A DNA stretch of 44,330 nt from sequence record PZ527900.1; one strand, written 5' to 3'. The notes under the pieces are model-generated. The model ran no database searches. It had not been told where the DNA came from and saw only the letters and a program-made list of their open reading frames with translations. This document shows, piece after piece, positions 38,250 through 44,330 of the stretch (positions are counted from its first letter, which is position 1; every line of letters starts with the position of its first letter). A program made the translations under genes and the position numbers. This DNA is from a phage.

Positions 38250-38380
38250 GTACCTTAGGTTATTCCTTGATGGATAGCCTAGGTTGGCCTTAGTTGATTG
38301 CCTTGGTATCAACCTTAGTTCTTATCTTAGTAACAACTTAGTAATGTACCTTAGTTAGTCTTAGTGTCAGACCTTAGTGA
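38250..38380. repeat. array of short direct repeats (C/T)CTTAGT at roughly 10-13 bp spacing
   Basis: At least nine copies in about 120 bp, with more scattered between 38079 and 38600; analogous to the CCTAAAG repeats at the T7 left end. Confidence 0.6.
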
Positions 38381-38524
38381 TTGCATAGCTAAAGCTATAA
38401 GATGCAAATATGTCGCGGTCGGTAGACCGCTAAGAAGAGTAATAGTAATAAGATGCAGCAGGAGGAACACCAGAACCCTAACAAACCTAACCTATCCTAG
38501 TCTTGTATCTATTGCTTTTCCTTA

Positions 38525-38540
38525 GTCTAACATGTGAGAC
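38525..38540. repeat. 16-bp palindrome variant GTCTAACATGTGAGAC (copy 4 of 6, one mismatch)
   Basis: Lies about 35 nt upstream of the candidate host promoter. Confidence 0.5.
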
Positions 38541-38573
38541 AACCTAGATTTGTCTTAGTGAGGTAACTTAGTG

Positions 38574-38602
38574 TTGACAAGGTAACATTAGTATAATACT
38601 AT
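38574..38602 (+). promoter_or_regulatory. candidate host sigma70 early promoter
   Basis: TTGACA, 17-nt spacer, TACTAT (a TATAAT also overlaps the spacer). Confidence 0.45.
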
Positions 38603-38746
38603 GCATCACGTAGGCGGTGCCGAGGCACCTAGTAGCCAGCTAGTAAGGCGTATGAAGAGACTAGTGCTTACATTGCTCTTTAACAATTTGCTTAGTGTAA
38701 CCTATGTATGCCGTGGTTAATTACTTATTAAAATGAGGAATTAGCT

Positions 38747-38929
38747 ATGACATTAAATAACCGTGAACTATCCGTTCTCTTCACTCTGTTATGCTACATG
38801 ATTCGTAACAACGAATTACTTACAGATGATGAGTTAGCCTTGTATCACCGCTTTCTTGACGAAGGTTGGACCGATACAGTAAACCAGAAACGTGACTTGA
38901 TGAAGGAGTTAAGCAATGTATCAGCATGA
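38747..38929 (+). CDS. early hypothetical protein (60 aa)
   Basis: TGAGGA RBS 7 nt upstream; first ORF after the genome-end region. Confidence 0.5.
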   Translation: MTLNNRELSVLFTLLCYMIRNNELLTDDELALYHRFLDEGWTDTVNQKRDLMKELSNVSA

Positions 38930-39140
38930 GGTTTTCTTCGAATCAGCTAAAGAAGTTATTCGCTTGCATGATGATATGAAGTTAGCAGACATGGATGTTG
39001 GCTTGACCAGCTTCCTGCTGGATTACAACATGGAATATCACCGCGTTACCTTGGTATCTGAGTATGACCATCAAACGATTACCGAGTATCTAGGTAGTGA
39101 AGACTATGATTACGACCAAGTAATCACAACAACCCTATAA
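38916..39140 (+). CDS. early hypothetical acidic protein (74 aa)
   Basis: AAGGAG RBS; overlaps the previous ORF by 14 nt. Confidence 0.5.
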   Translation: MYQHEVFFESAKEVIRLHDDMKLADMDVGLTSFLLDYNMEYHRVTLVSEYDHQTITEYLGSEDYDYDQVITTTL

Positions 39141-39148
39141 ATTAACTA

Positions 39149-39177
39149 TTGACAGCCACGGCATACAAGGTTACATT
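39149..39177 (+). promoter_or_regulatory. candidate second host sigma70 promoter
   Basis: TTGACA, 17-nt spacer, TACATT, upstream of the ocr-like gene. Confidence 0.35.
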
Positions 39178-39318
39178 GAGCACCAAGACGGCGACGTCTC
39201 AAAACATCCACCGCTCTTTAACAATTTGGACAAAGCTTCTTAGTCTGGCGAGGTTAGACCTAGGGTATTCTTTTGAGTACCCTATAATGTAACCTAACTA
39301 ACTAATGAGGATTAAATC

Positions 39319-39654
39319 ATGGAACGTAACGCAAACGCTTATTACAATCTGCTGGCTGCAACTGTTGAAGCCTTCAACGAGCGTATTCAGTCCGATGGTA
39401 TCCGTGAAGGTGATGATTATTCTGATGCATTACATGAGGTTGTTGATAGCAACGTGCCGCACTACTATCATGAAATTTTCACGGTGATGGCAGCCGACGG
39501 GATTGATATTAGTTTTGAGGATGAAGGTTTGATTCCTGACACGAAGGATGTAACCAAGATTCTACAAGCTCGCATCTATGAGGCGCTTTATAATGATGTA
39601 CCGAATGACAGCAATGTAGTTTGGTATGAAGACGAGGAAGAAGAGGAAGAATAA
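39319..39654 (+). CDS. ocr: Ocr-like DNA-mimic anti-restriction protein (T7 gp0.3 homologue)
   Basis: [47 protein letters not shown] closely parallels T7 Ocr as recalled ([47 protein letters not shown]); strongly acidic, ends EDEEEEEE. Confidence 0.85.
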   Translation: [111 protein letters not shown]

Positions 39655-39655
39655 G

Positions 39656-39769
39656 ATGGAAAAGCAATATAACTTCATCTTTTCGGATGGTGTAACCCTG
39701 AAGTGTTCCTTGCGATTTGCCCAGATTCGTGAGGAAGTGCTAGGAACTACATACAAGTTATTTAGCTGA
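39656..39769 (+). CDS. possible small early protein (37 aa)
   Basis: GAGGAAG RBS 6 nt upstream; its 3' end overlaps promoter-like element P9. Confidence 0.3.
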   Translation: MEKQYNFIFSDGVTLKCSLRFAQIREEVLGTTYKLFS

Positions 39770-39782
39770 CACTATAAGAGAG
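39758..39782 (+). promoter_or_regulatory. variant phage promoter P9 (A at +1)
   Basis: ATTTAGCTGACACTATAAGAG: SP6-like -17 to -1 with C at -11 and AGAG instead of GAAG start; followed by a 7-bp hairpin. Confidence 0.45.
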
Positions 39783-39849
39783 GATTTAACAGGGCGTTAC
39801 TTGTTAGCGCCCGATTAAGTTTATCTCAATAAACCAAATAGGTGAATAT

Positions 39850-40734
39850 ATGACTACTGAAAACACCCTCGTTTCTGTTCGTGAAGCTGCAACCGCTGAA
39901 ATCAAGCAACACTTAGACAATATCGGCACTTCTTACATCAAAGTTGGCGCTTGTCTGAATGAATTACGTGGTGACTTCGAAGGTCAAAAAGACTTTTTAG
40001 CTTATGTAGAATCAGAGTTCGGCATTAAGAAAGCACAATGTTACAAGCTGATGAGCGTAGCGCGTGTCTTTGAAGGTGACGAACGCTTCAAAGGTGTGGC
40101 TATGCGTGTAATGCTGGTGCTTGTTCCTTTCGCTGATGAAAGTATCATTATGGAGAAGGCCGCAGAACTTGCCGCAGATGGCAAGCTGGACACTGCCGCC
40201 GTAAACGCCTTGATTGAGCCTAAGAAAGAGCCAAAGACTGAGACGATACAATCTAAGCCTGAGCCAGTAAAACCGCAGGAGAACGCGACTGAGGACGCAG
40301 AATCACAGGAAACGCAAGCGCCGCAGGCAGTTCCGCCAGCTATCGAGTCAGATGCCGATGAAGCCTCACCATGGGAAGAGGAAAGCAAGACGGAAGCACC
40401 GAAGGCCGCGCCACGGGATAACACGGCTAACACTGAAAACGCCGCTATCGCGGGATTATTGGCACAAATTAAAGCACTGACGGAGCAGTTGCAGGCAGCT
40501 AATGACCGCATCGCCTCTTTAAGTAGCGCACGCGAAAGCAAGAAGGCAGCAGCGCCTATGCTTCCACAATTCAAATCATCTTGCTTCTACGCTCGCTTGG
40601 GTTTGAGTGCTGAGGAAGCAACGAAGAAGACCGCAGTAAACAAGGCACGCCGTGAACTGGTCAAGCTGGGATACGGTGAAGGCCATGAGGCATGGGCCTT
40701 AATCTCTGAGGCAGTAGAAGAATTGACTAAGTAA
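39850..40734 (+). CDS. early protein of unknown function (294 aa): folded N-domain, acidic/Pro-rich disordered linker, helical C-domain
   Basis: Linker EPKKEPKTETIQSKPEPVKPQENATEDAESQETQAPQAVPPAIESDADE; C-terminal FYARLGLSAEEATKKTAVNKARRELVKLGY resembles the start of a J-domain but lacks HPD. No kinase motifs. Confidence 0.65.
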   Translation: MTTENTLVSVREAATAEIKQHLDNIGTSYIKVGACLNELRGDFEGQKDFLAYVESEFGIKKAQCYKLMSVARVFEGDERFKGVAMRVMLVLVPFADESIIMEKAAELAADGKLDTAAVNALIEPKKEPKTETIQSKPEPVKPQENATEDAESQETQAPQAVPPAIESDADEASPWEEESKTEAPKAAPRDNTANTENAAIAGLLAQIKALTEQLQAANDRIASLSSARESKKAAAPMLPQFKSSCFYARLGLSAEEATKKTAVNKARRELVKLGYGEGHEAWALISEAVEELTK

Positions 40735-40797
40735 TCTTATCGGTGGTATTCTTCCTGAGTACCACCTCTTAAGGTTTCTTTCACTGGAGTAAGTATT

Positions 40798-41139
40798 ATG
40801 TGTGGCAAACGCGGCAGACCTGTTAATCAGGAGAATGAAAAGCTAAGACAAGCCGCCAAAGAGCGAGGTGATAAGGTATATGACTCTATACAACCATGTA
40901 AACACGGGCATATAGCCCGCTTGGTATCAGACAATAGGTGCCACGCCTGTAAACTTCAAAAGGCTAAAAGGTACAGAGATGCTATGAATCTGGAGCAGAA
41001 AGAAAAGCAAATGGCACACGTCAGGGCTTACATGAAGAAGCGGTATGATAGTGATCCTGCTTTTCGTAAGTATCAAATTGTAAACAGCGAAATCAACCGC
41101 CACCTACGCGCACTGAATAAACTACTAGATATGGAGTAA
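40798..41139 (+). CDS. early hypothetical basic protein with Cys/His cluster (113 aa)
   Basis: GGAG RBS; [18 protein letters not shown] may bind zinc; directly upstream of RNAP. Confidence 0.55.
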   Translation: MCGKRGRPVNQENEKLRQAAKERGDKVYDSIQPCKHGHIARLVSDNRCHACKLQKAKRYRDAMNLEQKEKQMAHVRAYMKKRYDSDPAFRKYQIVNSEINRHLRALNKLLDME

Positions 41140-41144
41140 ACAAG

Positions 41145-43772
41145 ATGCAAGATTTACATGCTATCCAGCTTCAATTAGAGGAAGAGATGTTTAACGGCGG
41201 TATTCGTCGCTTTGAAGCAGACCAACAGCGACAAATTGCATCAGGTAATGAGTCTGATACGGCTTGGAATCGCCGCCTATTGTCTGAATTAATCGCGCCG
41301 ATGGCTGAAGGTATTCAGGCATACAAGGAAGAGTATGAAGGTAAAAGAGGTCGTGCACCGCGTGCCCTTGCTTTCATTAACTGCGTAGAAAACGAAGTGG
41401 CAGCATATATCACGATGAAAATCGTAATGGATATGCTTAACACTGATGTTACCTTGCAGGCCATTGCCATGAATGTAGCGGACCGCATCGAAGACCAAGT
41501 GCGCTTCAGTAAGCTAGAAGGTCACGCCGCAAAATACTTTGAGAAAGTGAAGAAGTCGCTTAAGGCAAGTAAGACTAAGGCATATCGCCATGCGCACAAT
41601 GTAGCAGTAGTGGCTGAAAAGTCTGTAGCTGACCGTGACGCGGATTTCTCCCGCTGGGAGGCATGGCCCAAAGACACCTTGTTGCAAATAGGTACTACCT
41701 TGCTGGAAATCTTGGAGAATAGCGTATTCTTCAACGGGCAGCCTGTTTTCCTTCGTACCTTGCGCACTAACGGCGGCAAACATGGTATTTATTACTTACA
41801 AACTAGCGAACACGTAGGTGAATGGATAACGGCCTTCAAAGAGCACGTAGCGCAACTGAGTCCTGCCTATGCACCTTGCGTTATCCCTCCGCGTCCTTGG
41901 GTGTCTCCTTTTAATGGCGGTTTTCACACCGAGAAGGTAGCAAGCCGTATCCGTCTAGTTAAAGGCAACCGTGAGCACGTCCGTAAGCTGACCAAAAAGC
42001 AAATGCCAGCGGTATACAAGGCTGTTAACGCCTTACAGGCCACTAAATGGCAAGTCAATAAGGAAGTATTGCAGGTTGTTGAAGATGTTATTCGTCTCGA
42101 CCTTGGTTATGGTGTGCCTTCATTTAAGCCACTCATCGACCGCGAGAACAAGCCAGCTAATCCCGTGCCGTTAGAGTTCCAGCATCTAAGAGGCCGTGAA
42201 CTTAAAGAGATGCTAACGCCGGAACAATGGCAAGCCTTCATTAACTGGAAAGGCGAGTGCACCAAGCTGTATACCGCTGAGACTAAGCGCGGCAGCAAAT
42301 CGGCGGCAACCGTCCGCATGGTCGGGCAGGCCCGTAAATACAGCCAGTTTGACGCTATATACTTCGTGTATGCACTGGACAGCCGCAGCCGCGTCTACGC
42401 GCAATCTAGCACGCTCTCCCCGCAATCAAACGATTTAGGCAAGGCATTGCTCCGCTTTACCGAAGGGCAACCGCTAGATAGCGCTGAGGCGCTTAAATGG
42501 TTTTTGGTGAACGGGGCTAATAGCTGGGGTTGGGATAAGAAAACTTTTGACGTGCGCACCGCTAACGTGCTGGAGGGTGAGTTCCAAGATATGTGCCGCG
42601 ACATTGCAGCCGACCCGCTGACCTTCACTCAATGGGTGAATGCCGATTCGCCTTATGGCTTCCTTGCATGGTGCTTTGAATATGCGCGTTATCTGGATGC
42701 ACTGGATGAAGGTAAGCAAGACCAATTCATGACACACCTACCCGTCCATCAAGATGGTAGTTGCTCTGGTATCCAGCACTATAGCGCGATGTTACGCGAT
42801 GAAGTAGGTGCGAAAGCGGTAAACCTTAAGCCGTCCGACGAGCCGCAAGACATTTACGGTGCGGTTGCGCAGGTTGTTATACAGAAGAATTACGCCTACA
42901 TGAATGCAGACGATGCAGTAACTTTCACATCTGGCAGCGTCACCCTTACAGGTGCGGAATTGCGTAGCATGGCTAGCGCATGGGATATGATTGGAATCAC
43001 TCGCGGCTTAACCAAAAAGCCGGTTATGACCTTGCCATATGGTTCCACCCGCTTAACCTGCCGTGAGTCGGTTATTGATTACATCGTTGATTTGGAAGAA
43101 AAAGAGGCACAAAGGGCTATTGCAGAAGGGCGGACGGCGAATCCGGTGCACCCTTTTGATAATGACCGTAAAGACTATCTGACACCGGGCGCAGCTTATA
43201 ACTATATGACAGCCTTAATTTGGCCTTCAATCTCTGAAGTTGTTAAAGCCCCTATAGTGGCGATGAAAATGATTCGCCAGCTTGCACGATTTGCAGCTAA
43301 AAGAAATGAAGGGTTAGAATACCCCTTACCTACTGGTTTCATCTTGCAACAAAAGATCATGGCAACTGATATGCTACGCGTTTCTACTTGCTTGATGGGT
43401 GAAATCAAGATGAGTCTACAGATTGAAACGGATGTAGTGGATGAAACGGCAATGATGGGCGCTGCGGCCCCTAACTTTGTTCACGGGCATGATGCTAGTC
43501 ACCTTATCCTGACTGTATGTGACCTCGTGGATAAAGGTATTACATCCATTGCAGTTATTCATGACTCTTTTGGCACTCATGCAGGCCGCACCGCAGACCT
43601 GCGGGATAGCTTAAGGGCAGAAATGGTAAAAATGTATCAAGGTCGTAATGCCCTGCAAAGCCTGCTAGATGTACATGAAGAGCGTTGGCTAGTAGATACC
43701 GGCATCCAAGTGCCGGAGCAAGGGGAGTTTAACCTTGAAGAGATCTTAGTTTCTGACTATTGCTTCGCATAA
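41145..43772 (+). CDS. single-subunit DNA-directed RNA polymerase (SP6/T7 family)
   Basis: 875 aa; [42 protein letters not shown] and C-terminal ...DYCFA; N-terminus [32 protein letters not shown] matches SP6 RNAP as recalled. Confidence 0.95.
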   Translation: MQDLHAIQLQLEEEMFNGGIRRFEADQQRQIASGNESDTAWNRRLLSELIAPMAEGIQAYKEEYEGKRGRAPRALAFINCVENEVAAYITMKIVMDMLNTDVTLQAIAMNVADRIEDQVRFSKLEGHAAKYFEKVKKSLKASKTKAYRHAHNVAVVAEKSVADRDADFSRWEAWPKDTLLQIGTTLLEILENSVFFNGQPVFLRTLRTNGGKHGIYYLQTSEHVGEWITAFKEHVAQLSPAYAPCVIPPRPWVSPFNGGFHTEKVASRIRLVKGNREHVRKLTKKQMPAVYKAVNALQATKWQVNKEVLQVVEDVIRLDLGYGVPSFKPLIDRENKPANPVPLEFQHLRGRELKEMLTPEQWQAFINWKGECTKLYTAETKRGSKSAATVRMVGQARKYSQFDAIYFVYALDSRSRVYAQSSTLSPQSNDLGKALLRFTEGQPLDSAEALKWFLVNGANSWGWDKKTFDVRTANVLEGEFQDMCRDIAADPLTFTQWVNADSPYGFLAWCFEYARYLDALDEGKQDQFMTHLPVHQDGSCSGIQHYSAMLRDEVGAKAVNLKPSDEPQDIYGAVAQVVIQKNYAYMNADDAVTFTSGSVTLTGAELRSMASAWDMIGITRGLTKKPVMTLPYGSTRLTCRESVIDYIVDLEEKEAQRAIAEGRTANPVHPFDNDRKDYLTPGAAYNYMTALIWPSISEVVKAPIVAMKMIRQLARFAAKRNEGLEYPLPTGFILQQKIMATDMLRVSTCLMGEIKMSLQIETDVVDETAMMGAAAPNFVHGHDASHLILTVCDLVDKGITSIAVIHDSFGTHAGRTADLRDSLRAEMVKMYQGRNALQSLLDVHEERWLVDTGIQVPEQGEFNLEEILVSDYCFA

Positions 43773-43780
43773 TATTGATA

Positions 43781-43810
43781 GGCCATTCCTTCGGGAGTGG
43801 CCTTTTCTTT
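43781..43810 (+). terminator. rho-independent-type terminator after the RNAP gene (candidate early terminator)
   Basis: GGCCATTCC-TTCG-GGAGTGGCC (9-bp stem, UUCG loop) followed by TTTTCTTT. Confidence 0.6.
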
Positions 43811-43844
43811 ACCTGCTACCTGTAACATTTCATTAACATAAAGT

Positions 43845-43860
43845 GTCTCACATGTGAGAC
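43845..43860. repeat. 16-bp palindrome GTCTCACATGTGAGAC (copy 5 of 6)
   Basis: Directly abuts promoter P10. Confidence 0.8.
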
Positions 43861-43862
43861 TT

Positions 43863-43887
43863 ATATTTACCGGACACTATAGGAGAG
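43863..43887 (+). promoter_or_regulatory. phage RNAP promoter P10
   Basis: ATTTACCGGACACTATAGGAGAG. Confidence 0.7.
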
Positions 43888-44021
43888 AACCGTCGGAGAC
43901 GGGAGAGAGAAGGGAAGGTAAAGGATATAAAGGAAGTAATAAGTATTAAAGGTTATATAGGTTTACCTAGGAATACCTATTACCTTCTTCCTTCCTCTTA
44001 TTACTACTTAGAGGAAGGGCA
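43888..44021. other. AT-rich, purine-then-pyrimidine skewed segment between tandem promoters; candidate primary replication origin
   Basis: GA-rich left half (GGGAGAGAGAAGGGAAGGTAAAGG...), CT-rich right half (ACCTTCTTCCTTCCTCTTATTAC); contains AGGTTATATAGGT. Confidence 0.35.
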
Positions 44022-44037
44022 GACCTAGGTTGTCTCA
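44022..44037. repeat. 16-bp palindrome GTCTCACATGTGAGAC (copy 6 of 6)
   Basis: Directly abuts promoter P11. Confidence 0.8.
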
Positions 44038-44050
44038 CATGTGAGACTTG

Positions 44051-44076
44051 GTATTTACCGGACAGTATAGATAAGA
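44051..44076 (+). promoter_or_regulatory. phage RNAP promoter P11 (variant CAGTATAG)
   Basis: TATTTACCGGACAGTATAGATAAG, with C to G at -5 relative to the consensus. Confidence 0.5.
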
Positions 44077-44100
44077 CTAACTTACTTTGGAGATTTAACC

Positions 44101-44229
44101 ATGCGTAACTTTGAGAAGATGACCCGTAAAGCTAAGCGTTTCGACATGGAAGAGGGGCAGACGAAAGGCAAGAAGCTGAATAAACCTGTCCGTGACCGTG
44201 CATCTAAACGCGCAGCGTGGGAGTTCTAA
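44101..44229 (+). CDS. T7 gene 1.1-like small basic protein (42 aa)
   Basis: GGAG 8 nt upstream; MRNFEKMTRKAKRF...KGKKLNKPVRDRASKRAAWEF matches the size, position after tandem promoters, and sequence pattern of T7 gp1.1 as recalled. Confidence 0.6.
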   Translation: MRNFEKMTRKAKRFDMEEGQTKGKKLNKPVRDRASKRAAWEF

Positions 44230-44232
44230 GTT

Positions 44233-44330
44233 ATGGAATTGTGGCGCAACATAGAAGGTCATGAAGGTTATGAGGTATCTAACCTAGGTCGAGTGCGTAG
44301 TGCTAAGGGCGTGCTCAAGGAGTTCATTCA
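44233..44330 (+). CDS. N-terminus of the HNH homing endonuclease that continues at window position 1
   Basis: ATG 3 nt after the previous stop; MELWRNIEGHEGYEVSNLGRVRS... is in frame with ORF 18-266 through the 55-nt overlap. Confidence 0.6.
   Translation, partial: MELWRNIEGHEGYEVSNLGRVRSAKGVLKEFI
44276..44330. other. 55-nt duplicate of window positions 1-55 (circular-assembly overlap)
   Basis: Exact identity of the last 55 nt with the first 55 nt, inside a coding sequence. Confidence 0.9.

Noticed and set aside
37900-38746. Possible tRNA or small RNA gene in the large non-coding block
   Set aside because: No cloverleaf-compatible segment or GTTCGA-type T-loop motif seen by eye; cannot be excluded without a tRNA-scanning run.
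44276-44330. Terminal 55-nt repeat as a biological direct repeat
   Set aside because: It lies inside the HNH coding sequence and simply closes the circle; real terminal repeats of T7-like phages are non-coding and sit at the genome ends.
1-44330. CRISPR array, integrase or lysogeny module
   Set aside because: No repeat-spacer periodicity and no recombinase or repressor-like ORF; the genome has the layout of a strictly lytic T7-like phage.

Overview
The window is a complete, circularly permuted genome of a T7-supergroup podovirus with an SP6-type single-subunit RNA polymerase and SP6-like promoters. The last 55 nt (44276-44330) repeat the first 55 nt, so the unique length is about 44,275 bp and the window junction falls inside an HNH endonuclease gene. 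All credible genes are on the + strand. Order from position 1: HNH endonuclease (frame-broken), primase-helicase, small genes, DNA polymerase, replication and recombination genes (5'-3' exonuclease, endonuclease VII, metallophosphatase, DUF3310, ATP-dependent ligase, GNAT), portal, scaffold, major capsid, tail tube A and B, three internal virion proteins (one with a lysozyme-like segment), tailspike adaptor, holin, terminase small and large, three paralogous unknown genes, M15 endolysin with spanin-like genes, two tailspikes, a second frame-broken HNH gene, then an ~870-bp non-coding region (37873-38746) that looks like the physical genome ends, followed by early genes including an Ocr homologue, the RNA polymerase, a tandem-promoter origin-like region and a gene 1.1-like ORF. 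I found 12 phage-promoter copies (two inside coding regions), six copies of a 16-bp palindrome, and several hairpin terminators. The most interesting candidates for undescribed biology are the uncharacterised early proteins, the three paralogous genes between terminase and endolysin, and the recurrent palindrome. All homology statements rest on motifs and on protein sequences recalled from memory; no database search was run.
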